Source: Chiloscyllium plagiosum
Taxonomy: Eukaryota
NCBI RefSeq assembly: GCF_004010195.1
Contig: NC_057718.1
Span: 76,599,057-76,640,054 of the forward strand
Direction of reading: 5' to 3'
DNA length: 40,998 nt
Shown here: positions 1-11,062 of the stretch, one piece after another
Position numbering within the stretch: position 1 is the first letter of the stretch
Layout: each line of letters opens with the position of its first letter
Made by a program: the position numbers and the translations under genes
Notes under the pieces: model-generated
The model's input: the letters and a program-made list of their open reading frames with translations, nothing else
The model's database searches: none
What the model was told of the DNA's origin: nothing

Positions 1-205
1 GTCCCGCGTCACGGCGCTGCTCGGGACGAACCTCGACAAACACCACTGCATTCCTCTCCAGACTTCCTCTGCATAGGCACATTCCAGAAGGAGGTGTGTG
101 ACAGTCTCGTCTCCCCCCGCAGCCGCTTCGAGGGCAGCGTGCGGTGCGGCTGAGAGTCCGGGCGTGCATAGAGGATCTCACAGGCAGAGCCCTTCTCACC
201 ACCAG

Positions 206-256
206 GAGAAAGTGAGGTCTGCAGATGCTGGAGATCAAAGTCTGCAGATGCTGGAG
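206..256 (-). mobile_element. 51-bp insertion of a Penelope-like element terminus (family A) into Tx1 ORF2
   Basis: Begins gagaaagtgaggtctgcagatgctggagatca, as does the insert at 40352. Flanked by ACCACCAG at 198-205 and 257-264. Removing it restores AWLVV-RRALPVR. Confidence 0.75.
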
Positions 257-953
257 ACCACCAGCCAAGCCATGTCTTGGTGCTTGTTGGAAAGTTCTGG
301 CGATGAGGCATTCTGCCAAATGGCTTTGACAGTTTGCTCAGGGATCCGCTCGATAGGATCCGCCCTCTCCTTTTCCCACAGGGTCTCAAGGACACTATGT
401 GCTGACCACTTCCTAATGGACTTGTGGTCAAAGGTGTTTTTCTTCATAAACTTCTCCACGAAGGACAGGTGATACGGAACGGTCCAACTACTCAAAGCAT
501 TCCGTGGCAGCGAGGCCAGGCCCATCCTTCGCAACACCGGGGATAGGTAGAAACTCAGTACGTAGTGACACTTGGTGTTTGCGTACCGGGGATCCACGCA
601 CAGCTTGATGCAGCCACACACAAAGGTGGCCATCAGGGTGAGGGTAGCATTGGGTGTATTTTTACCCCCGTTGTCCAGATCTTTATACAGTGAGTCCCTT
701 CGGACCCCGTCCATCTTTGACCTCCATATAAACTGGAAGATGGCCCAGTTGACTGCAGCGGCACAGGTTCTGGGAATAGGCCAGACCTGTGCCACGTATA
801 ACAGCAATGACAGTGCCTCACACCTGATGACCAGGTTTTTTCCCGCGATGGAGAGCGACCGTAGCTTCCATCTGCCCAGTTTCTGCCTCACTTTGCTGAT
901 ACGCTCCGACCCTAGAGCAGACCTGACCCGGTTGGCGATTACCTTTGACAGAA

Positions 954-1170
954 TTTTGTAATCTGCATTCAACAGTGAGATTGGTCTCCAATTTTTGAGT
1001 TCCTCCCTCTCCGCCTTCCGCTTGTAGACAAGGGTGATGATGCCTTTCCTCATGGATTCACTTTTTGTAATCTGCATTCAACAGTGAGATTGGTCTCCAA
1101 TTTTTGAGTTCCTCCCTCTCCCCCTTCCGCTTGTAGATGAGGGGATGATGCCTTTCCTCATGGATTCACT
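954..1170. repeat. Tandem duplication of about 109 bp within Tx1 ORF2
   Basis: ttttgtaatctgcattcaacagtgag...catggattcact occurs at 954-1062 and again at 1063-1170, with a few substitutions and a 1-bp indel. Confidence 0.95.
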
Positions 1171-2368
1171 CATGGTACCTGCCCGAAGCATACTGACATA
1201 CACCTCCAGCAGGTCCTGGCCAATCAAGTCCCACAGAGCGGAATAGAGCTCGACCGGTAAGCCGTCGCTTGCGGGAGTTTTATTCTTTTTGAAGGACTCG
1301 AGGGCCTCGGTCAGCTCATCCAGAGATAACGGCTGGTCCAGCCTCTCCCGTGTTCTGTCGTCTAAGACCTCCGTGATAGAGGACAGGAACGACTGGGAGG
1401 CCGCGCTGTTGATCGGCTTCGCGTCATACAGACTGGCGTAGAAGGATTTACTGATCCTCATGACGTCAGCCTGAGATGACGTTAGCGAGCCATCTTCTTC
1501 CTTCAGGCTGCTGAGCACAGAGCTCTCTTTGTACACCTTCTGGAAGAAGAAATGTGAGCACGTCTCGTCCTGCTCCACCGAGCGGACCCTGGACCGGAAG
1601 ATTATCTACAGCTTTGTGTTCAGCTTCCACGTTCCCCTACCTGCCCGCTGCTCGTCCTGTAGGTGACAGTCGGCCAGCAGGAGGCAGTGGTCGGAGAAGA
1701 ACACCGGCTTGACGTCGGTGGATCTGACCGAGAGCGTTCGGGACACAGACAGGTAATCTATCCTTGAGCGGATAGATCCATCTGCCCGTGACCCAGTCTG
1801 CAGGGGCGCTGAAGACGTCGTGCGGCTTGGCATCTTTTACCGTGTCCATCAGGGCTCTGGACGTGGTGTCCAGTTTACTGTCCCCCCCGCCGGATCGTCC
1901 ATCTGCATCAATGATACAGTTGACGTCTCCGGCCAGAATGACCGGCCTGGACGTAGCCAGCAACAGTGGAAGCTGCTGCAGGATGGCCAACCGTTCACTC
2001 TTACCCACTGGGGCGTACACATTAATCAGTCTCAGGGGAGCATTCCTGTGCATGATGTCGGCGATGAGGAGGCGCCCGCCCACCACCTCCTTAACCTCGT
2101 AGATGGTGAAGTTGCCTCCTCTCAACAGGATACCCAGGCCAGAGGCGCGGCTATCGTTGCCCCCCCGACCAAACGGATGGCCCATGGGCCCATAAGCTCG
2201 ACCATCTCCTATAGCTGCTGAGGTGCGGTATCCCACACTCCTGCAGGAACAGGACGTTGGCTTTAACGTTGGCCAGGAAGGCCATAGTAGAAACACATTG
2301 CGTAGCCAATTTGATGCTACACACATTGATGCTGGCAATTTTTAACCCCATTTGAACAGTTTACAAGG

Positions 2369-3862
2369 TTAACAGTGTCCATTTGCTGCTGGTCTTGCCC
2401 CTCTGAGGTAGCTGTGTGCATTCCCGTGATGACGGCAAACTGCTGGACCTTCCCAGGGCTGAGGTAGCTGTCCGGCTCCACCCTGGAGCCATTTCCCCGC
2501 TCTGGTGTCTTCGGGTCGGGCCCAGGGTCCGCATGGTCCAGTTCTCCATCTGACAGTCACAGGACCGCTGCTCCCAGTTACCTGGAGCTGTGGGCCGGTG
2601 GGTACCTCTTGGTTCTCACCGGGTCGGGGGAGGCCTTTACCTGTCCCCTCAGAGGGATCGTCTTTTCCTGCTTGGGCGGTGCTGCCCTCCTTTTTCCCCG
2701 CGGTGCTCTGTCTCTTCCTCTGGTGATGACCCGCCTTGCGCCCATCCTCACCGTCGGAAGAGCTGCATGTGTCCTTGTCGCATAGGTGTCGCTTCCCCCC
2801 TCGCTGGGTGGCTTTGGGAGGTTTCCTCTTCCTGCTTTTCACAGTAATCCAATCCTCTGCTTCCTTTGGTCTCTTCTCTTCCATTTCCTCCGTCTGTCTT
2901 GGAGTAGCTTGGATCAGCTGCTGCACCTCCCCGCTGTCTGCCGTCTGCTCCGCTACAGCCCGCCCTTCCTTCTGGTTGCCTCCAATCACCGTTCCCGTGC
3001 TGTTTTGTGGCACTTTGCTGGTCTTGGGCTGTCCACAGCTCGTGTTGCCGCCTCCGGCCATCTGTGCATAGGTGGCGGCCCCTCGTCTTGGGCAGGCCTT
3101 GTACATGTGGCCCGCCTCTCCGCACAGATTACAGTTCTTGGTCTCCTTACATTCCTTGGTCGGGTGGCCTTCCTGCTTGCAGTTTCGGCAGACGGTCACC
3201 TTGCAATCCGCCGCCATGTGGCCTGACCTCCCGCAGGTTCGGCACACTTTTGGCTGCCCTGCGTATGTCAGGTAACCTCTGCTTCATCCGATGGCAAAAC
3301 TTGAGGGTGGGTGGAGGATGTTCCCAATGGCATCGACCCCCAAGGTTACCCTGACCTGTCATTTGCTGGTCTAGATCCCGAAAGAATCGACCACATCGGT
3401 ACTCTCTCCCTCGACCTGGACGTATCTCCTCAAGAAGNNNNNNNNNNNNNNNNNNNNNNNNNNNNNNNNNNNNNNNNNNNNNNNNNNNNNNNNNNNNNNN
3501 NNNNNNNNNNNNNNNNNNNNNNNNNNNNNNNNNNNNNNNNNNNNNNNNNNNNNNNNNNNNNNNNNNNNNNNNNNNNNNNNNNNNNNNNNNATGGAGAACA
3601 GAGGTTCCCCTTCCTTCTCCTTGAAGACCTTCAGGAACTGCTCACAATTCTTCACGCTCCTGAAGATCACATCGAAATAGCCTGCCGCAGGGAAATCCTG
3701 CAGGCAGTACACGTCCACTGCTTCGAACCTGCAGCAATCCAGCAAAATCTTCTTCACAAACACCGTCCGATCAATCGGTGTGTGCTCCTCCACCTTCTTC
3801 ACAGTCACCCTGACTGTGTTGCAAATGCCCTGGCCAGGGCTGCGAGCGGGTGCTGTGGCCAT
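2369..3862 (-). pseudogene. Tx1 ORF1 (gag-like nucleic-acid-binding protein with three CCHC zinc knuckles), frameshifted and spanning an assembly gap
   Basis: ORF 3371-3862 (MATAPARSPGQG...CLQDFPAAGYFDVIF) and ORF 2369-3247 (CRTCGRSGHMAADC, CRNCKQEGHPTKEC, CNLCGEAGHMYKAC). N-run at 3438-3590. Confidence 0.88.
3438..3590. other. Assembly gap (153 N)
   Basis: Run of n characters. Confidence 1.
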
Positions 3863-4439
3863 AGCTCAGAGGTTGGCTAGTACCTGAATTGGCGTTAGGC
3901 CGAAGCCAGCATAAAGATCCACCAAGAGCAGGTCAGCACAACCAAACAATCCTCCAACGTCCAATCACGATCCAGTGATGGTCTCCAGCAGCTCCGACGA
4001 CTCGCAGCACGATCCCAGCGGTTTCTCCCCTGCCAGCACACGTCCGCTGCTTCGAACCGACAGCATTCGAGCAGAATCTCTTCCTCTGGTCCTCAGGAAC
4101 TACACCTATTCCGAGCCAAAAGGCAGGAGTATTGTGTTACTAATGACCTACACAGTTCAGGACAAGCAGCTACAGTTTTACATTCAACAAATCCTCCTGT
4201 GTGTATTACCCTCTTCCACCTCACCATTAGCCTTGTCAGGCCTAAACCAGAACATTGCGTCATAGTGCCAGATTAGAGTAAAAACAGGTGACTACTGAAA
4301 ATGTGATCCTCACTGCTAACTTCTTAAAAAATTTACTATGGACCTGACTGACATCTTACTGATGGAGCAGAATATCTTGTGAGTATGAACAATACAGGTA
4401 GAAGCCTTCGGACTACAGAATATAGCAGATGCGTGTGTC

Positions 4440-4710
4440 TACTTCTTTTGTCTGTCTGTTTTTCCCTCCCTCTCTTTCTCCCTCTCTCTCTTTCTTCTTC
4501 CCCCCATCTTTCTGACCCTCTCTCTCCCTTTCCCCCCTCCCTCTTTCTCCTTTCCCTTCCTTTCCCCACTGTCTCACTTTCTTTCTCCTCTCTACCTCTC
4601 TCGCTTCCTCTTTCTCTCTCTCTCCCCTCTCTTTCTTCTTCTCTCGCTCTGCTTCTCTTTCTTTCTCTCTCTCTATCTCCTTCTCTCTCATGTCTCTTCC
4701 TCCTTCCTTA
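4440..4710. repeat. CT-rich polypyrimidine/polypurine low-complexity tract
   Basis: About 270 bp composed almost entirely of C and T on the + strand. Confidence 0.95.
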
Positions 4711-4821
4711 AGCACAAAGGAAGCCTTTTATTAATCCGTTGTCTCAAGTTGTTCTTGTTAGTCAATAATTCAGAGACTTTTAAATTTGTGAACCAGTTGC
4801 TCTGTACTCCCATAAAAGCCT

Positions 4822-5300
4822 ACTATAGGAAAAATGTTGTGAAACTTGAAAGGGTTCAGAAAAGATTTACAAGGATGTTGCCAGGATTGGAGGTTTGACC
4901 TATTGGGAGAGGCTGAATAGACTGGGGCTATTTTCCCTGGAATGTCAGAGACTGAGGGGTGATCTTGTAAAGGTTTATAAAATCATGAGAAGCATAGATA
5001 GGGTAAACAGATAAGGTCTTTTCACAGGGGTGGGGGTGTCCAAACTAGAGGGCACAAGTTTAAGGTGACCTAAGGGGCAACCTTTTCACGCAGAGGGTAA
5101 TGCATGTGTGGATGAGCTGCCAGAAGACATGGTGGAGGTTGGTACAACTACAACATTTAAAAGGCATCTGGATGAATACGAGGGGTTTAGAGGGATGTGG
5201 ACCAAATGCCGGCAAATGGGACAAGATTTATTTAAGATATCTGGTCAGCATGGACAATTTGGACCGAAGGGCCCATTTCTGTGCTGCATACCTCTATGAT
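4822..5300 (+). mobile_element. CR1/HER1 LINE 3' fragment
   Basis: gatgttgtgaaacttgaaagggttcagaaaagatttacaagg-like RT C-terminus (VKLERVQKRFTRMLPG), matching the reverse complement of 38580-39080. Ends in ctctatga. Confidence 0.88.
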
Positions 5301-5423
5301 TGTATTATATCCATTTTCCCTGCAAGCAAAATTTCTCATATCCTCATGTATCTATCCACCACTGACAGTCAACCTCACCAAATGCACTCCATCTATCAGC
5401 TGAACTATTGCAGTCAGTCATAC

Positions 5424-5438
5424 CTGTTGCAACTCCTG
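5424..5438 (-). other. Candidate 15-nt (or 12-nt via NAGNAG) microexon of an unidentified host gene
   Basis: Minus strand reads ttccttccctttctattttgttctacattcttctttcttctacag|CAGGAGTTGCAACAG|gtatga: long pyrimidine tract, AG, length divisible by 3, good donor. Confidence 0.45.
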
Positions 5439-5965
5439 CTGTAGAAGAAAGAAGAATGTAGAACAAAATAGAAAGGGAAGGAACCAGAGGCGGGCCATCA
5501 CAGTCAACAAATGCAGAGGAGGAAATGCAGAAAAATAGATGCATCTTTGTTCTGTGGCCAAGAGACTTTTCAGTTTACTGGTGACAGAACAAAATAACAT
5601 ACACACATGTTTTATATAACAGTCAACTATGTTCTCTTGACTTCAGCAAACAAGTGAAATTGAATCACTTTCATAATGACAATTTCATAATGACAATTGC
5701 AAATATGTGTCTTTTATCTCTCACAGGGCATTAGACACACAGCAGAATTCCATGGACCTTGTGGGTAATAAATCCTCAGAGGAGATTCCTTTTTCTGATG
5801 TTTTACCATCACAAGAATCATATGTGTTATGCACAAGCTCAGATACTTGCACTTTGCTAAGGACATACTAGGTTAGATGACCAAAAGCATGGTCAATGAC
5901 ACAATTTTGCAGAGAGTAGACTGTGGGACATCAACTAGGACTATATTGAAATAATCAAGCCTGAC

Positions 5966-6075
5966 GGTAAAGGTAAAGTCACCACAGTTCCACTCTCTCT
6001 TTAGAAAGAGATGACTAGTGGTGGTTTAAACTGAGGGTCGCCACACTTCAAGTGAGAGGAGAGAGTAGGGTTAGG
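5966..6075 (-). mobile_element. 3' portion of a tRNA-derived SINE split by the Rex1 insertion
   Basis: ggtaaaggtaaag tail-like repeat and body sequence abutting the Rex1 tail. The putative head lies on the other side at 7773-7889. Confidence 0.5.
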
Positions 6076-6076
6076 G

Positions 6077-7772
6077 GAATTGAATTGAATTGAATTTATT
6101 GTCACATGTACCAAGGCACAGTGAAAAGTTTTGTCTTGTGAGTAATACAGGCAGATCACAGAGTTAAGTAGCATAGATAAGTAAATAATAGGTATACAGT
6201 GGCAAAAACAAAAACACAGATGCAGGCAAATGTTGAGACTTTGTGAGCCCATTCAGTATTCTAACAACAGTAGGGTAGAAACTGTTTCAAAACTGGCTGG
6301 TGCGTGTATTCAGGCTTCTGTACCTTCTCCCCAATGGTAGAGATTGTAGAAAAATATTGTCAGGATGGAATGATCTTTGAGAATGCTGGCAGCCTTTCCT
6401 TGACAGCAGGCCTGGTATATGGATTCTATAGATGGGAGGTTAGCCTTTGTGATTGGCCAGGCTGAGTTCACCACACTCTCTAACCATCTCTGATCTTGAA
6501 TGGTACAGTTGCTTTAACACCTAGTGATACATCCAAACAGAATGTTCTTGATGGCGCACCTATAAAAGTTGGCAAGGGTATTCGCCATTATGCCAAATTT
6601 CCTCAGCTACCTGAGGAAGAAGAGATGTTGTTGGGCCTTTGTAACCAGTGCGTCCACATGAAGAGTTCAAGGAAGTTTGTTGTGGATGACCACTCCCAGG
6701 AACTTGACATTCTCCACTCGTTCCATTTGCCATTTGAAGTCATCTTCCTGATATACCACTGTGCTGTTAATGTGTAGGGGAGCATGAGTAACATCCTGCC
6801 GAAAGCCAATAATGAGTTCCTTGATTTTGCCAATATTGAGAGCTAGGCTGTTCTTAGTGCACCATTTTTCCAGGTCTTCCACCTCCCGTCTGTTGTCTGT
6901 TTCGTCGCCATCTGAGATTCGACCGACTATGGTGGCGTCATCAGCGAACTTGTAAATGGCATTAGTCTTTGGTATTTGGCAATGCAGTCATAGGTATACA
7001 GTGAGTACAGTAGGGGGCTGAGTACGCATGTCTGGGGGGCTCCAGTGTTGAGTGTTAGTGAGGATGAAATATTGTCCCTGGTCTTGACTGATTGTGGCCT
7101 GTAGGTCAGGAAACTGAGGATCCAGTTGCAGAAAGTGGGGCTTAGTCCGAGATCACTAAGTTTAGTAATCTGTCTCAAGGGGATAATAGTGTTGAAGGCT
7201 GAACTGTAGTCAATGAGTAAGATTCTTATGTAGCTGTTCTTGATGTCAAGATGCTCTAGAGAGGAGTGAAGAGCAAGTGATAGGGCATCTGATGTTGATG
7301 TTTTGGTCCGACAGGCAAATCGGAGTGGGTCAAGAATAGTGGGAAGGCTGGAGTTGATTAATGCCATGACCTGCCTTTCAAAGCACTTCATGACCACTGA
7401 AGTTAGGGCCATTGGGCGATAGTCATTGAGACATGCTGCATGAGCCTTCTTAGGCACAGGGATGATGTTGGCCCTCTTGAAACAGTCAGGGACAGTGGCC
7501 TGCTGCAGGGAGAGGTTGAAGAGTCCGAGGAGACCTCTGCCAGTTGATCTTCATATGCTCTGAATGCACGGCCTGGTACTCTGTCCAGTCCCATCACTTT
7601 CCTTGGATTCACATGAAGGAAAACTGATCTGACCTCTGCTGCAGTGACTGTTGGGATAGGTTCATCAGGACTTGTTAGGATTGGTGTTACCTTGCTGGTG
7701 AAATTCTGCTCAAAGTGAGCATAGAAGGCATTGAGGTGATCTGGACGGGATGTGTCATCGTCTGCTATCTTG
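6077..7772 (-). mobile_element. Rex1/Babar-like LINE, 5'-truncated, decayed RT
   Basis: ORFs with [54 protein letters not shown] and [10 protein letters not shown]. (ATTCA)n tail seen as gaattgaattgaattgaat at 6077-6095. Confidence 0.88.
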
Positions 7773-7889
7773 AGAATGAGGTTGAGAATGAGAGTCCTTC
7801 ATTGTAACATCAGCTGGTCCAGGAATTGAACCACGCTGTTGGTTTTGACCTTGCATTGCAAACTGCTTGTCCAGTCAACTAAGCTAACC
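7773..7889 (-). mobile_element. tRNA-derived SINE head
   Basis: Minus strand has A-box-like TAGCTTAGTTG (7876-7886) and B-box GGTTCAATTCC (7822-7832). Confidence 0.65.
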
Positions 7890-10800
7890 AACCTCCAATA
7901 GTCAAGTGACAAAGAAAGGATAGACTGTTTCAGATGAGACAGCAGATGAGATATGACAAGTGGCAAAGTCAAGTATAGTTTAGATGGATCAGTGGTCATA
8001 CTGATGACACAAGAAGGAGGTCATAATCATGGGGTTAAATTTAAGGTTGCAATTCATTCACCGTAACCTCAGACCTTTGCCAGGGACATGCATGGAGTCA
8101 GTAGATGGGGAACTGAAAACAAAAAATTCTGAAAATCACAGTGGGTCAGGCAGCATCCATGGAGAGAAAGCAAGCTAATGTTTCAGAACATAGTTTGGTG
8201 TAGGGACTGAAACCAATGGCTTCAGTCTTTCCAATATTTATTTGGTTGAAATGTCTACCTATCTGGTACTGAATCTTAGGTAAGCAGTCAGATAACTTCG
8301 CAGCAGTCAAATGAATAGCATATATTATTAAGCAACACACCACTCCTGAGGAGTTATGCACAACTAACTAAATATATTTGAATTAACAAAGGTTTGCCAT
8401 TTGAAGTCATCTTCCTGATATACTCACATTTTTGACGGCTTTAACTGACTACTCCCCAACCATCTACACCTAAACCCCTGCACAATGTTAAATTTTCCCC
8501 TGGAAACCCCTTCTCCCCATTTCCACTCAACAGAATTTGTGTGACTTTCAAATGTTGTCCTATCCCTTGACTACTATCCTAAATCTCCAGACCTCAAACA
8601 TTATCCACAGAGGATGTTATTGTTATTAATGACAGTTTTCCATTTTATACCTGCCTTTTGTAGTTTTGTGATTATAACAGGATATTATAACAATTCATTT
8701 CGATGTTCAATTGACTGAGAGCTGAGAGGATCAGACTGTGGCTTCCATGTTTAATTGTGCTTCCAGTTAGTGAAACTCTGATATTTGGATATTATGATCT
8801 GTACTAATGTGAGACAGAGGCTCTGTGTGATGAAATTTCCAAAACTAACTCCTACATCAATGTGACATTGTGTTAATTCAGTCACATTCTATATCCATTC
8901 TTTCCCAGCCAAATTTTGAATGTAACCACAGATTGATTCTATAGCTTGCAAATTTGAGACTCAGATGGAAAATATATGTTGTAATTTGACATTTAGTTTT
9001 GAGGCCAACCTCGTTGTATAAATGAATGGAATTATATACAATTAGCCCTACATATTATGTTGCATGAGAAAAGTAAATTCCTTCTGAGGTGAGTAATTCC
9101 TTTTGTGGTTTCTTTAAGAAATAGCTCGTCAAGGTTCAAAGTTATCCTTTGTGGGCCAAGAAAACATTGATTCTGTTAACATTTTCTTTGCCACAACTGA
9201 TTAAAAATATCTTGAATAGACAGAAGATAAGAACGTGTGTCTGATGGAAGTATTTTTGACATAAATTATGGGAGAGAAAATGTTGCTGTTTAAAGATTGG
9301 ATTCTACTTGTTTGCAGGACAATTGTGTTGCTGTTATTTGAGTTGCTGATAAGTGCCATTATGCAGCAATGCCCATTGAATGGGAAACAACAGGATCCTT
9401 GGAAGTAAAGACTCATTCCCACCGTACAGTTTTCTGATTTTCTCGGCAGATATTATGTCCCCTCAGGAATGTACAGGCCAGTCTCTAAGCAATGCATCAT
9501 TGCACATTCCTTTCTGCTGCTATCATTCTGACTGCTCTTCTGGTGGTGTAATGTTAGGACCAGGTCACTCCTGACAGAGAGTTCTAATCCATAAACAATA
9601 AAAGAATGTTGCTGCACCACTAACCACAACCCCCAAATCACACCACCCCTCCACCACCCCCATAATCCCAATCCCCATTCATCACACCTTTTGAAGAACT
9701 TCACCATTTCAGTTTTGTAAAATAAAATTATTCTGAATGTCCTCTTTCTGTCTTTAAAGAAGACTGACTTGAATGTACTGGATACAACTCTCTCCCTCTA
9801 CCATTTACATTAGTACTAAGAACTATTTTGGTGCACAGTGGACATCTCTATGACTCTATGACTCTATGGAGAAAAACAGTAACGGACCCGAATATTTACT
9901 CATTCATGGGATTTGAGTCATACTGGCTAGGCCAGTATTTATTTCCTATTCCGAATTTCTCTGGAAAAGGTGATGGTGAGTTGCCTTTTTTCCTATCGAG
10001 CACACAAAGTCAAACAGGAAAGGTGGCTCAACCATGGTTTACCAAAAAAATTAGGGATAGTGTTAGATCCAAAAAGAAGACATAAAAATTGCTAGAAAAT
10101 GCAGCAAGCCTGAGGATTGGGAGCATTTTAGAATTCAGCAAAAGAGGACAAAATGCTTGATTGAAAGAGGGAAAATAAAGTGAGTATAAACTTGCAAGGA
10201 ACATAAATACTTCTATAAATAGGTGAAAAGAAAAGAATTATATAAGACAGAAGATTAGAAGTTAATGGAGTTGTGGTTAATAAATCCTCAGGGCCTGGTA
10301 ATCTGTATCTAAGTATTGCCCCTGGAAATATTGGATGCATTTGTGGTGATCTACCAAAATTCTGTAGACTATGGAGCAATTCCCATAGATCGGACAATGG
10401 CAAATGTAAATCCATTATTTAAAAAGAGGAATAGAAGGGAAAAACACAACTATAGACGAGTTAACCTAACATCTGTAGTGAGAAAAACTTAGAATCTATT
10501 GTAAAAGATGTGAAAACTGAACGTTTGGTAAACATTAGCATAACTAGACAAAGTGAGCGTGGGTTATGAAAAGCAGATCATGCTCAACAAAAGTTGAGGA
10601 TGTAACTAGTAGAAAAGATAAAGGAGAATCCATGGATATTGCGTATTTGAATTTCAAGAAGCTATTGATAACTATACAAGAGACCAGTGGGCAAAATTAA
10701 AAAACATGGGTTTGGGATAATGCACCGGAATGGATTGAAAAATGTTGACAGCCCAGAAACAGAGGGTGGGAATGAATGTGTCTTTTCCTGCTGACTAGTA

Positions 10801-11062
10801 GTTTACCACAGGGATCACTGTTTTGGCCCCAGTTATGCAAGATATATATAAATGACTTGGATGAAGCAGCCAAATATAATATTTTCAAGACACAAAACTA
10901 GGTGGGATTGAGTTGTGAGTTGAGGACAATCTAAATAAGTTGAGTGTGTGGGAAATCTCATGTCAGATGCAATATGACATGGCTAAATGTGAAATTATAC
11001 ATTTTGGTGTGAAAAACAGAAAACCAGAGCATTATTTATCTGGTGATTCATTGGGAAATGTC

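Larger units (their letters stand above)
1..2351 (-). pseudogene. Tx1 ORF2 (AP endonuclease + reverse transcriptase + C-terminal zinc finger), frameshifted, RT catalytic core deleted
   Basis: APE motifs MGLKIASINV, FLQE, LINVYAP, ILAGDVNC, SRIDY, FSDH. RT N-terminal motifs KNKTPASDGLPVELY and KNWRPISLLNADYKILSK. C-terminal CPRSGCGGDETVTHLLLEC near 80-140. No YADD motif present. Confidence 0.9.
1..4124 (-). mobile_element. Tx1-clade non-LTR retrotransposon (Keno-like), internally deleted, 3' end runs off the window
   Basis: GC-rich block with ORF1 (CCHC knuckles) followed by ORF2 (APE endonuclease, partial RT, C-terminal zinc finger), all on the minus strand. The 5' boundary carries a U2 snRNA-like 26-mer at 4099-4124. 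Confidence 0.9.

Noticed and set aside
2369..3862. ZCCHC3-like host gene
   Set aside because: The knuckle protein lies directly upstream of an APE-RT ORF2 and is frameshifted, so it is retroelement ORF1 rather than a domesticated gene.
4099..4124. Functional U2 snRNA gene
   Set aside because: Only about 26-31 nt match, with mismatches. There is no Sm site or 3' stem-loops, and the first 11 nt are absent.
4336..4715. ORFs rich in E/R/K/G or S/L/P/F
   Set aside because: Translation artefacts of the CT-rich low-complexity tract.
5344..5606. Signal-peptide-like ORFs (MARLWFLPFLFCSTFFFLL..., ...LSILFYILLSSTAGVATG)
   Set aside because: The hydrophobicity is explained by translating a polypyrimidine tract. 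A splice acceptor reading is more economical, although a leader exon cannot be fully excluded.
5669..5698. Short tandem duplications (also about 20377-20410, 24958-24987 and 37183-37206)
   Set aside because: Ordinary slippage duplications of 9-15 bp with no further structure.
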